Positions 48,905 to 57,334 of a DNA stretch of 64,000 nt are shown piece after piece; positions within the stretch are counted from its first letter, which is position 1; the number at the start of each line of letters is the position of its first letter. The position numbers were made by a program, and so were the translations under genes. The DNA comes from a virus (Duplodnaviria > Caudoviricetes): the IMG/VR virus record IMGVR_UViG_3300014205_000172, positions 32,001-96,000 of that record. The stretch is one strand, 5' to 3'. The notes beneath the pieces were generated by a model. The model ran no database searches, was not told the DNA's origin, and saw only the letters and a program-made list of their open reading frames with translations.

Positions 48905-49159
48905 ATGAGTAAATGTAAAAACAAAAACAACAGAGTCAATCAGGCACCGACTATAAAGCCTGTGTGGTATAAACGATTGAAGCCAACCCACAAGACCGTC
49001 AACAAATGGGTCAAGTGGTTAATGCAATCAGTCAAACTGGAACTCAACTTCGGAGAGATGTTCAAGTGGATCTTCTACAGCCTTGTCTGGCTGACGTTCT
49101 TCCCCAACTCCATAGTCCAACTGGAACGTATAGCAAAACTCGCTTCAGCCTTCCTGTAA
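48905..49159 (+). CDS. small basic protein with C-terminal hydrophobic segment (84 aa)
   Basis: GAGGGG SD; Lys-rich N-terminus; MFKWIFYSLVWLTFF. Confidence 0.7.
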   Translation: MSKCKNKNNRVNQAPTIKPVWYKRLKPTHKTVNKWVKWLMQSVKLELNFGEMFKWIFYSLVWLTFFPNSIVQLERIAKLASAFL

Positions 49160-49168
49160 CGTATCAAA

Positions 49169-49216
49169 CATGACGCCCAGCTTCGGCTGGGTATTATGCC
49201 ATCTTCTCTTTTTTTT
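49169..49216 (+). terminator. intrinsic terminator
   Basis: GCCCAGC-TTCG-GCTGGGT within CATGA...TTATG, followed by a T-run. Confidence 0.75.
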
Positions 49217-49259
49217 GTACTAAACTACACGCCTGTGTATCTTATGTTCGCCACCTAAT

Positions 49260-49615
49260 ACTTCTTGAGGAAGGGAAGGAAGGGGGTGGATTTTACGGAG
49301 TAAAATCCGGGGGTAGGTAGGGAAGGAGTAAGACGCATCCGCAGAGAGTCGAGCGAAGCGATGATGAACAAGGATATCTTTAGTCGACGAAGTCGACTAG
49401 GGAAGTTATTTTTAACATGATTAACAGATCCTATTTTCCAAGATAAAGAATTAGTTAACAATGGACTGGGAGAATACCCAGTCCCTTATGACGCAATAGA
49501 TCAAAGATACCATCAAAAGAACAAGAGAAGGGAGGTCTTCAACCTCCCGCTTTTATAAAGCAGATCAAGAACAGAATAAGGATGGAGGTTTACAACCTCC
49601 ACTTTTACAAACCAA
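49260..49615. other. structured non-coding element (G-runs, triloop hairpins, two direct repeats); candidate replication origin
   Basis: Longest non-coding gap in the window; purine-skewed; contains multiple palindromes (see findings). Function not established. Confidence 0.45.
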
Positions 49616-49645
49616 TGAGATGTTAACTTAATAGGAATCTTTCTG

Positions 49646-50224
49646 ATGGAAGCTTATTCGAAATTCTTGGGTGATGTATTTAATGCATCATCTTTGTCTG
49701 TTGAAGTTAAGTCTAAAGGTAAGTCTTTGAGTAAAGACGAAAGCAATGCCTTCGATGATTCTGAAATTGAAAATGATGGTATTCGTCTTGCTAGTGAACC
49801 TGGTCTACGTGAACAGGGTAATGTCATGATTGACCTCAAGTCCACTTCCAGTCAGTACCAAGACAATCTCCACTACGTGGCAGAGTCTTTGCGTAAGAGT
49901 GGATTCAAGGTACGCCTTCGGTACGAAGGCATCGACATGAGCCTTGAGAGTGTGTCTGATGGCATCATGCCAGGCAACATGTCACTCAATGGTAACAATG
50001 CAGTGAACAACGTGATGAACGGTGTTTACGTACCTGATTTCAAAGACACTGACTTGTTTAAGCAAGTGACGGTGATCCAACCACAAGACAACGCACCAGA
50101 AAATAAAGATGGTGTACTGTTCATGGTTGATGACGGTAATGGTGAGATGAGTAACTACCTGAAGGATGAAGGGTATCAGGTAGCCAGCGATGCTGAAACA
50201 TTGGAACTCCTGCTTTCAGCATAA
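49646..50224 (+). CDS. acidic hypothetical protein (192 aa), possibly head-associated
   Basis: AGGA SD; candidate protease sites SVE and SLE. Confidence 0.7.
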   Translation: MEAYSKFLGDVFNASSLSVEVKSKGKSLSKDESNAFDDSEIENDGIRLASEPGLREQGNVMIDLKSTSSQYQDNLHYVAESLRKSGFKVRLRYEGIDMSLESVSDGIMPGNMSLNGNNAVNNVMNGVYVPDFKDTDLFKQVTVIQPQDNAPENKDGVLFMVDDGNGEMSNYLKDEGYQVASDAETLELLLSA

Positions 50225-50269
50225 TGCAGCATAAAGACCGACGTGGAAAACCACGTCGATCCTCTGCAA

Positions 50270-50301
50270 TCTAATTGTAAATCCATACCGTCATACATTA
50301 C
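50270..50301 (+). promoter_or_regulatory. putative phage early promoter, copy 6 (antisense to the gene at 50327-51163)
   Basis: TCTAATTGTAAATCCATACCGTCATACATTAC; exact TACATTAC core, as in the chmA copy. Confidence 0.5.
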
Positions 50302-50326
50302 TGTATTGTAGGACAGTGCCCTTGTT

Positions 50327-51163
50327 TTACATACGTGGCTTGCCACCGAGGTTGAGTTTGATGATCTTGCGGTATTTGTCCACATCCTGAATGATAGCGA
50401 GCTTAGCCCATTTCACGTCAACGAATTCGTTGTACATGGTAGTGGCGTCAGCATAGCTGTCAATGATCTCACGGACACGACCCAGGGTCGCACCACTGCG
50501 GATGAAACCTTCATCAAGGTCGATGATGAGTGTGTTGTAGACATGAGCCTTAACCGCCAACACAACCATCTCAGCGAAGTCTCGGTAATAAGGCTGCTTG
50601 ATATCATTGAAGTTGGGTTCGTGACTGACCGTGCATCGTACTGCCGCATCGCCCATCACTTGGTTTGAGTCATTGACCAAGATGGTGTTGTGGTTAAGCA
50701 GCTGCACGTAAGACGTACCCATCATTGCCACGCCATTGGTGGCTCTGATGATGTTGCGCACATCTTTAAGCATACCGGAACTGCGTGAGTCAAACCCAGT
50801 GGCAGTCGATCCAGTCAATGCCTGAGTCAGACCGTAGATCAGTTCATGCACGGTACTGATCTTGCGGTTACCTAACACATTAGGAGGAAAGCGGTAAATG
50901 ATGTTCCAGCTATCGACGTATTCACGTTCAGCTTGGTTCATCGGCAATAAGACTTCCGTACCACCGACAAGATTTACGTCGATCGCGACGCGACCTTCGA
51001 TGACCAGCTCACGGATCTTCTCATCCAGTGAGATAGCGTCAACGTTATCGAAATAACGATCCTGACGTGTAGGGTCGTATCGTTTAGCAGAAAAAGCCTG
51101 GTTTAAAATTTCCCTTGGGATCTCGCGAAGAACCCGCTGGATTGCAACCGTAATCGGCGTCAT
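50327..51163 (-). CDS. conserved jumbo-phage protein (278 aa), probably virion structural
   Basis: GGGAG SD; AIQRVLREIPREIL N-terminus remembered from phiKZ-like core genes; divergent from phuZ. Confidence 0.7.
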   Translation of the reverse strand: MTPITVAIQRVLREIPREILNQAFSAKRYDPTRQDRYFDNVDAISLDEKIRELVIEGRVAIDVNLVGGTEVLLPMNQAEREYVDSWNIIYRFPPNVLGNRKISTVHELIYGLTQALTGSTATGFDSRSSGMLKDVRNIIRATNGVAMMGTSYVQLLNHNTILVNDSNQVMGDAAVRCTVSHEPNFNDIKQPYYRDFAEMVVLAVKAHVYNTLIIDLDEGFIRSGATLGRVREIIDSYADATTMYNEFVDVKWAKLAIIQDVDKYRKIIKLNLGGKPRM

Positions 51164-51223
51164 AACTCGTTACTCCCGACACACCACTATTTATTCATAT
51201 CAGCAAAGAAAGGAACTGCAACA

Positions 51224-52228
51224 ATGACAACTGGTAACCTGATCCAAGCTCAAACCCGCAGCCTGACGTTCTACGCCGCTGGCGGTACCGCGGTCAACCT
51301 GTTGCGCGCCCACCGCTCGGATACGCCGAAGCACACTGATGCAATGGCTGATGAGAAGTACTGCTTCATCGACACCAGTATCGCTAACCTGCGTGACGTC
51401 ATCGAAGCCGATACTTTCGTTCTGGAAGGCACTGATGGTTCTGGTTCCGACCGTCCACGTAACGCCAAGGCTGTAATGGAAGCCATGCCGGCTATCCTGA
51501 ACCAATTCAAACCAGGCGATACCAACATCGTGATCTTCTCCGCCGCCGGCGGTACTGGTAGTGTGGCCGGTCCAATCATTCTGGAAGAACTGCTGAAGTC
51601 CAAGAAGAAAGTGTTTGCCATCGTCATCGGCACTCATGGTTCTCTCAAGGCTACCGCCAACACCATCGCTACCCTCACCGGCCTGGAAATGGCAGTGAAC
51701 CGCGTTGGGCGCTCCGTCGTCATGGCGTATCGTGAAAACGACCCTACCAAAAACAACGCCGGCAACAACGTTGTGCCGATGATGATCATGGAAGCCCTGT
51801 CCCTTCTCTGCTCCGGCAAGAACAACCAGCTGGACGGCGCCGACATTGGCAACATGATCGACTACCACACCGTTACTCACCACAAGCCTTCGCTGTCGAT
51901 GCTGGATGTATACGTCAACGAAGAGCAGCTGGTGAAAGAAAGCACCAATCCGATCGTACACATCGCACTGTTGCGTAACGAAGAAGCCATCACCCCGGCT
52001 ATCAATCCAGCCTATGGCAAGTCCGGCTATCTGCCAATGGAAGCCGCAGAACGCTACAAGGAGTCTTTCCACTTCGTAGTCAGCAATTCGCGTCTGAAGG
52101 GCGTGTTGTCTAACCTTCTGAAACGTCGTGAAGAACTGGAATCCGAACAGCGCGTAGTTGAGCGTCAAACCAGTCTTGTCGGTGATGGCGATGTCAAAGT
52201 CGATCAAGGCACCGGCCTGGTGTTCTAA
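51224..52228 (+). CDS. phuZ: phage tubulin PhuZ (spindle GTPase)
   Basis: YAAGGTAVNL, FIDTS, DGSGSDR, tubulin signature SAAGGTGSVAGP, T7-like QLDGADI, and a PhuZ-type C-terminus DQGTGLVF. Confidence 0.95.
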   Translation: MTTGNLIQAQTRSLTFYAAGGTAVNLLRAHRSDTPKHTDAMADEKYCFIDTSIANLRDVIEADTFVLEGTDGSGSDRPRNAKAVMEAMPAILNQFKPGDTNIVIFSAAGGTGSVAGPIILEELLKSKKKVFAIVIGTHGSLKATANTIATLTGLEMAVNRVGRSVVMAYRENDPTKNNAGNNVVPMMIMEALSLLCSGKNNQLDGADIGNMIDYHTVTHHKPSLSMLDVYVNEEQLVKESTNPIVHIALLRNEEAITPAINPAYGKSGYLPMEAAERYKESFHFVVSNSRLKGVLSNLLKRREELESEQRVVERQTSLVGDGDVKVDQGTGLVF

Positions 52229-52245
52229 GCAACACAACCGTTAAT

Positions 52246-52275
52246 GCGAGGCGGGGAAACCCGCCTCGTTTATGC
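52246..52275 (+). terminator. hairpin after phuZ (TATG-flanked family)
   Basis: GCGAGGCGGG-GAAA-CCCGCCTCGT followed by TTATG; short T-run. Confidence 0.6.
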
Positions 52276-52303
52276 TGTCTAACTATCAATAGAGGAATCT
52301 ATA

Positions 52304-52552
52304 ATGTCAACCTTGTTTTTCCGCTGCGAACGTTGTAATACACGGGACCACATGAAGGCATGCCCTCCATGCTCCGGTGGGCACCTTATTTGTTATCGCT
52401 GTCAGTTCAATAGCTGGCATGACCAGTTCCCAGAAGAACAATACGACAGCTCGTTTCATGAGGTTGTCAACCCCACTCCTGACTCGACCGTAAATACGTT
52501 TACGTCAATGGGTGGTGGCGGTCCCGCGGTTCCATGGGACTATGACAATTGA
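52304..52552 (+). CDS. small Cys-rich zinc-binding protein (82 aa)
   Basis: GAGGA SD; CERC, CPPC and H..CYRC. Confidence 0.7.
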   Translation: MSTLFFRCERCNTRDHMKACPPCSGGHLICYRCQFNSWHDQFPEEQYDSSFHEVVNPTPDSTVNTFTSMGGGGPAVPWDYDN

Positions 52553-52720
52553 ACCTAATGACCGGAGAGCTTAAATGCTCTCTAAGGTCGTTGACTTTCT
52601 TTTTGGTACATGGGTAAGGGTCTTGATCCGTATAGCGCTGATAGGTCGTCTGTAGCGCCTTTAATTGTATCTTTCCACAGAATCAGCAGATAATGTGGTC
52701 ATCGGAGAGTGAGTACCTCT

Positions 52721-53101
52721 ATGAAAGCTGTATTGATTGATGTAAACCCAGTGCTTGAAAGGCTGAGCAAACGTGAAGGTGTTGGCTTCAATGCACCCGT
52801 AATGGAAAGCTGGGTAGCCAGGACCTATGGTCGCCGATGGGACGTGCAGTGTATCAGCACTCGACTGCTCCATGACTTCGGTAAGTCAAAAGGTGGTGCT
52901 TTTGAACAACTGTCGTTTGCTAAGTCCATGGATGGTCTTGGCTACGATCTGATCGGTACGCTGCCGGCGCCGGGCGAGTTTAAAATGCCGCTCAATGGAG
53001 CAAAGAGCCCAACCTTCTCAGTTCATCTGTCGGATGATGGATTCTTGGTGATCGGAGATCCAAATGAAGTTAACCGCTACCGGCGACACCCAGCTGATTG
53101 A
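52721..53101 (+). CDS. array protein A
   Basis: AVLIDV...FSVHLSDDGFLVIG; start may instead be GTG 52709. Confidence 0.75.
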   Translation: MKAVLIDVNPVLERLSKREGVGFNAPVMESWVARTYGRRWDVQCISTRLLHDFGKSKGGAFEQLSFAKSMDGLGYDLIGTLPAPGEFKMPLNGAKSPTFSVHLSDDGFLVIGDPNEVNRYRRHPAD

Positions 53102-53507
53102 TTTCAGCGAGATAGTCCGCTGGACCGTCAAGACCATTAGTCGCAACATGCCCGGAAGGTGTATAGACGAGGATAAGGTTGAGAAGTGTGTTGGGTCAAT
53201 TCTTGACAACACCTTGACAATGAACATGAAATGGACAAAGGTTCATCTACAACCGCCAGAAGAGCATTATCTGGCAATGATGGATATCCCAGACTATCCA
53301 GGTGGGTGGCTTTTTATCCAAGACATCGTCGATCACATTACGGGACTTCTTGAAAACATTATAGACTTACCGACGTGGCGCATTGTGTCCATGAGGATAA
53401 TGGGATCATTTGCTCGTATTGAGTTAGATGAAGATTTTCGTGTAAAAGATTGGATGGAACATCATGCTAAGGAATATGGATTACGTGACGAGGTTAGAAG
53501 GTGGTAA
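53064..53507 (+). CDS. array protein B
   Basis: TQLIDF...WRIVSMRIMGSFARIEL; GGAG SD. Confidence 0.8.
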   Translation: MKLTATGDTQLIDFSEIVRWTVKTISRNMPGRCIDEDKVEKCVGSILDNTLTMNMKWTKVHLQPPEEHYLAMMDIPDYPGGWLFIQDIVDHITGLLENIIDLPTWRIVSMRIMGSFARIELDEDFRVKDWMEHHAKEYGLRDEVRRW

Positions 53508-54009
53508 CCAGTTCGTTACGCTGGATGTAGAATCCCAGGTCAATGAACTGACAGCCCTGCTGGAAGACCGCTACGATGATTGCTTTAAGCCTAGGCAGAA
53601 TGCTTACAAGCTGGTCAAGTCCCTTGTTCATCACATCACCAACCAGTGCACAGATTCTTTGTTCACCATCTGTAACCGTTATTCCAAGTCAACGCATGAG
53701 TATAACGCCCTGCTGTCTGCTGTAGTCCGCTATGATCACGAATTCAGACAGTCTTTAAATGAACTAGCGGGCGCCGATAACATCATTGGCCAGGTGAGGT
53801 TTTCAGAAGAAACAGAATTCATGGTTGTTCAAATATTTACATTGGATAATCGCTATGGCCAAGAAAGATTTGACAAATACATCGACTCTCTCAAAGCCGA
53901 TGGACAGCCAGTTTCAAGAGACGTTGAACGACTCCTCGAAGAATGGCGGTCCATTGACACGGACTTTCATTTACGACATCAAGGAATTGATGGTAGACGA
54001 GCTTTCTGA
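53476..54009 (+). CDS. array protein C
   Basis: FVTLDV...GQVRFSEETEFMVVQI; start ATG 53476 after TAAGGA. Confidence 0.75.
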   Translation: MDYVTRLEGGNQFVTLDVESQVNELTALLEDRYDDCFKPRQNAYKLVKSLVHHITNQCTDSLFTICNRYSKSTHEYNALLSAVVRYDHEFRQSLNELAGADNIIGQVRFSEETEFMVVQIFTLDNRYGQERFDKYIDSLKADGQPVSRDVERLLEEWRSIDTDFHLRHQGIDGRRAF

Positions 54010-54292
54010 TCAGGTCTTAATTGCACAAGACGCTTTAATCAAATCGTCACTTACCTATCTGTTGTTTGATGACGCTACGGAGTGGACCAGGTTAGGTGAG
54101 AAGTTCTCGACCAACCCTGCTGATGATGTCCCGCTAGGGTTCTACATGGATACCTGGTGGATGGATCACGCTGAGGCAATGAATAGCCTCTTCGCCGATC
54201 TGATAGCCATCCGGCCATTCCGTTGGGTCAGTGTCGTGGTGACAGACGATTTCGCTAAGATCACGGTGTATCCGACTGAGGATCGTTCATGA
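53900..54292 (+). CDS. array protein D
   Basis: TFIYDI...WVSVVVTDDFAKITV; start uncertain (ATG 53900 or a later TTG). Confidence 0.7.
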   Translation: MDSQFQETLNDSSKNGGPLTRTFIYDIKELMVDELSDQVLIAQDALIKSSLTYLLFDDATEWTRLGEKFSTNPADDVPLGFYMDTWWMDHAEAMNSLFADLIAIRPFRWVSVVVTDDFAKITVYPTEDRS

Positions 54293-54630
54293 CTGTAAGG
54301 ACCTTCTTAATTGATCTGGCCGACGCTCAGCTCCCAATAGGGTTCGGCTTCCCAGATCTGGGGGTCGACAATACGGTGTTGTTTAATGCGATGGTCAAAG
54401 CAGCTATTTGGGATGAAGATATCATTTACGATATGCGGGCCTGGTTTAATCAGTGCGGGTATTACTATCAAGGCGATAGTCTGATTGACCAGTATCATGG
54501 CCTAAGGACATTGTTACGAGATGTGATGAAACACCAAGACAGCCCCATCCCTAGTTTCTATGGCCGTCTATTGTCTACCGAGCTACTCGACCACAGATTT
54601 GCAGTTATCAATATCCAGGAGCTGACGTAA
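54289..54630 (+). CDS. array protein E
   Basis: TFLIDL...LLSTELLDHRFAVINI; ATGA overlap; GAGGA SD. Confidence 0.8.
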   Translation: MTVRTFLIDLADAQLPIGFGFPDLGVDNTVLFNAMVKAAIWDEDIIYDMRAWFNQCGYYYQGDSLIDQYHGLRTLLRDVMKHQDSPIPSFYGRLLSTELLDHRFAVINIQELT

Positions 54631-55022
54631 TGACACAGTCAGTCATCATTGAAATCAGAAGCGACATAGCCGAGTCTATCGACCGACTCGGTGATTACAT
54701 CCCCGAAGGCGACCGCAATCACTTTGTTTCTAGCGCTATGGGTATCGTTGTGGCAAACATCTTGCACGATGATAACAATGAAGCAGCACTTGATGCAATG
54801 GACCGCCTTGTTACAAACGCAGGTCTTTCCAAACCTAATGAGGCGTCAAACCTTTTAGGTGAAATGCTGGTGCTGGGCAATGTCTTTAAAGAGACATACA
54901 GGCATCATGATGAAACGTTTAAAGCCCTGGAGAAATTACTCCCCAATGATCTTAGGGTGGGTCTTGATGAGATATTTCATGTCGAGATCTCCTCAGGTGG
55001 AGATTTCTTGAGGATTCGCTGA
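54630..55022 (+). CDS. array protein F
   Basis: SVIIEI...IFHVEISSGGDFLRIR; TAATG overlap; AGGAG SD. Confidence 0.8.
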   Translation: MTQSVIIEIRSDIAESIDRLGDYIPEGDRNHFVSSAMGIVVANILHDDNNEAALDAMDRLVTNAGLSKPNEASNLLGEMLVLGNVFKETYRHHDETFKALEKLLPNDLRVGLDEIFHVEISSGGDFLRIR

Positions 55023-55414
55023 TGCCCTTTTTCATTATCAACCTAGACAAGGAGGCGATCAGCGACCTGCAAGAGGTCGCTGATCGCCTTATGCACTTAG
55101 ATGAGTATTGTGGTGAAGACCGATCGGTCGCTATGTCTGATCTGGTTGATGCATTACTACACTACTGGCTGATTGCCGACTTTGATAGACTGGATCTGAT
55201 GCTCGATGATCTCAAACAAGACCGACCCTTATTCAGGGATGGTGAAATCATCGAAGCCTTCTATCGGCTGGCTAACCCGCAGCGGTCAGGCTACCGGGAC
55301 TTAACTTCTAGCTCCATAGATGTGCAACGTCAGTTGTTAGAGATTGATGAAATCATTACCTACGATGTGAAGGTAGATACTTTCTTTAACACGATTGGCT
55401 TCGGGATATATTAA
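55022..55414 (+). CDS. array protein G
   Basis: FFIINL...ITYDVKVDTFFNTIGFGI; TGATG overlap; GAGGA SD. Confidence 0.8.
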   Translation: MPFFIINLDKEAISDLQEVADRLMHLDEYCGEDRSVAMSDLVDALLHYWLIADFDRLDLMLDDLKQDRPLFRDGEIIEAFYRLANPQRSGYRDLTSSSIDVQRQLLEIDEIITYDVKVDTFFNTIGFGIY

Positions 55415-55424
55415 AGAGGTACCC

Positions 55425-55739
55425 ATGCAGTCAAACCGATTTATCTTCGATACACCTAAGGGAGGTTCCATTAACCTTCCTATGTTACAAAAGCTCATTA
55501 CGTTTTGGGCGACCGAGATCAACGACCAACACCAGTTCTTAAATGATGTACAGGAACAGTTCTTACGCCGGGCGTATCGCGCCAGTGGCGAAGACATTGA
55601 AAAATACACCGATATCGTTATGGAAATCTTCGGTTACAGCGGGATCATGACGGAGCTGATTAAAGAAAATCAGATCTTGAATGAGATCACCTGTAACGTC
55701 GATAACGATTTTGGTGAAGTGATTCTGGAGTGGTTATGA
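55425..55739 (+). CDS. array protein H
   Basis: RFIFDT...ITCNVDNDFGEVILEW; ATG 55425 after AGAGGT. Confidence 0.75.
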   Translation: MQSNRFIFDTPKGGSINLPMLQKLITFWATEINDQHQFLNDVQEQFLRRAYRASGEDIEKYTDIVMEIFGYSGIMTELIKENQILNEITCNVDNDFGEVILEWL

Positions 55740-56098
55740 AAGCGCTCGTAAGGGTAGAGAAAGATACAGCGTTCCTAGTCAATGATTCACGCCTAAATGC
55801 ATTCAGCGAAGCTGATATTAAAACGTATCTATGGCTTTTGAAAGATGTGGCTACTGACGTCACTGAACGTATTCCTATTTCATTACTTGTACCAGTCTGG
55901 CCCCCGCATGAGATGCTGTTAAAAGAATTTAGCGATTCAGCACCTGTCCGCACTCTGTATAGTGTGTTGGAAGATGTTCTTTCTAACGCGGGTTATTCAT
56001 TGGGTGTGCTTACCACACTTGAGGTCGAGAAACATGAACCGACTGAACTCACAGTCTTTAAGGCCCAGACTCGATTCAGAGTCTACACGCTGCACTGA
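55736..56098 (+). CDS. array protein I (divergent member)
   Basis: AFLVND...LTTLEVEKH...RFRVYTL; ATGA overlap; GGAG SD. Confidence 0.7.
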   Translation: MKALVRVEKDTAFLVNDSRLNAFSEADIKTYLWLLKDVATDVTERIPISLLVPVWPPHEMLLKEFSDSAPVRTLYSVLEDVLSNAGYSLGVLTTLEVEKHEPTELTVFKAQTRFRVYTLH

Positions 56099-56513
56099 AA
56101 CGTATCTGTTTGATTTCACAGACGAAGTTGGGAAGTTTGTAGATAACTCCGACTGTTCGGTAGAGGACCTGGGGTACAAGGTTGAATCAATCATCACTTT
56201 CTTCCTAAATGGTTCTTCTGATATTGAGGCAGTTGTCGATGTATTCTGGAAGAACATGTACGCGGGCACTCCAAAGGACGCGCTGATCTTAGCGAGCAAT
56301 GCTGTAGGGCAGCTGTATCCGGGCATGTTGACTCAAATCAAATCACAGGGTCTGACACACCAGTGCATTATTGACATGAGTGTTAAGTACACCGAAGATA
56401 CCGGCCGTGGAATGATTGAATGCCTGGTCTTGGTAAAAGTAAATGGTCGGGGAGTGGGGAATGGATTATCAGCGAACGGTGGGTTATTGCCCAGGCTTGG
56501 CGGCCAAGATTGA
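56034..56513 (+). CDS. array protein J
   Basis: TYLFDF...IIDMSVKY...IECLVLVKV; ATG 56034 after GAGGT. Confidence 0.7.
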   Translation: MNRLNSQSLRPRLDSESTRCTETYLFDFTDEVGKFVDNSDCSVEDLGYKVESIITFFLNGSSDIEAVVDVFWKNMYAGTPKDALILASNAVGQLYPGMLTQIKSQGLTHQCIIDMSVKYTEDTGRGMIECLVLVKVNGRGVGNGLSANGGLLPRLGGQD

Positions 56514-56880
56514 AGAGCTGGTAGCCGAAAGGCTCACCTACGAATACTTCGATGATCCGATCAGCGATGCTCGGTTCGAATTGCAACTGATGCATGACCG
56601 CCGGCTTTATCGTCAGGAACTGTTGCGGGCATTGGGTAGTGTTCTGACACCAAGCGACATGCAAGATGCGGTAGAAGACATTTGCGACTTCGTTTCAGAT
56701 GAAACACTTCAAGCATTGCTAATGATGTACAGGCCATTTGTAATTCGGGTTAGTGATGATGATTTTTACGTGGCTGATTATTTAGAGGTGAATAATACAG
56801 GTAAGTCTGTATTCTTTAAACTCGGGACGCCAGAACATGAAGCTCGATTCAACAACCCTGAATGCTACGCTAAGCTTTGA
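56461..56880 (+). CDS. array protein K (divergent member)
   Basis: C-terminal FYVADYLEVNNTGKSVFFKL; ATG 56461 after GGGAG. Confidence 0.7.
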   Translation: MDYQRTVGYCPGLAAKIEELVAERLTYEYFDDPISDARFELQLMHDRRLYRQELLRALGSVLTPSDMQDAVEDICDFVSDETLQALLMMYRPFVIRVSDDDFYVADYLEVNNTGKSVFFKLGTPEHEARFNNPECYAKL

Positions 56881-57229
56881 AACATACGCCGGCGTCAAGT
56901 ACAATCACATGAAGTTCATTGGGATGGTTGACGCCGTGACCATGATGGCATTGGGTCAGGACGCAGTTGGTCTGCATTTACAAAACAAACCTTACCTGCC
57001 AGACCCTAAGCCAGAAGCCTACACTGACTATAGTTACGCTATATTCGTCGGGTCTGAAAAGCAACGGGTCTATCTGGGGGTACCTTGGGTACGCGAAGAT
57101 TCGATCGTCAACAACGGTCAACCGAACTACATGATGACCATCATTGCCCCAACACCAGCGCAGCTCGACACACTGCGCTCGATGGCAGTGGCATCAGGTA
57201 TCGAAAACTTTACACTCAAAGCTATTTAA
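56837..57229 (+). CDS. conserved jumbo-phage protein upstream of the DNA polymerase (130 aa; phiKZ gp49-like)
   Basis: LSFETY...PYLP...YSY...LGVPWVREDSI; beta-rich and unlike the array proteins. Confidence 0.7.
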   Translation: MKLDSTTLNATLSFETYAGVKYNHMKFIGMVDAVTMMALGQDAVGLHLQNKPYLPDPKPEAYTDYSYAIFVGSEKQRVYLGVPWVREDSIVNNGQPNYMMTIIAPTPAQLDTLRSMAVASGIENFTLKAI

Positions 57230-57235
57230 TTCCGA

Positions 57236-57285
57236 CATAAGCCAGCTCCTTAGGGGGTTGGCGTTATGCCGCCATTTCTTTTTTT
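57236..57285 (+). terminator. intrinsic terminator with CATA/TATG flanks
   Basis: CATAA-GCCAGCTCC-TTAG-GGGGTTGGC-GTTATG followed by a T-run. Confidence 0.75.
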
Positions 57286-57334
57286 ACTTGGGTTACCTAT
57301 CTTACATACGCCTTAGCCCCATGGACATAGTCAA

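Noticed and set aside
49500-49615. Direct repeats as a mini CRISPR array
   Set aside because: Only two imperfect, nearly abutting copies, no spacers and no cas genes.
51200-52237. 345-aa antisense ORF over phuZ; alternative call of the gene as bacterial FtsZ
   Set aside because: The antisense ORF is a shadow. The tubulin has a PhuZ-type short C-terminus and jumbo-phage context, with no dcw cluster.
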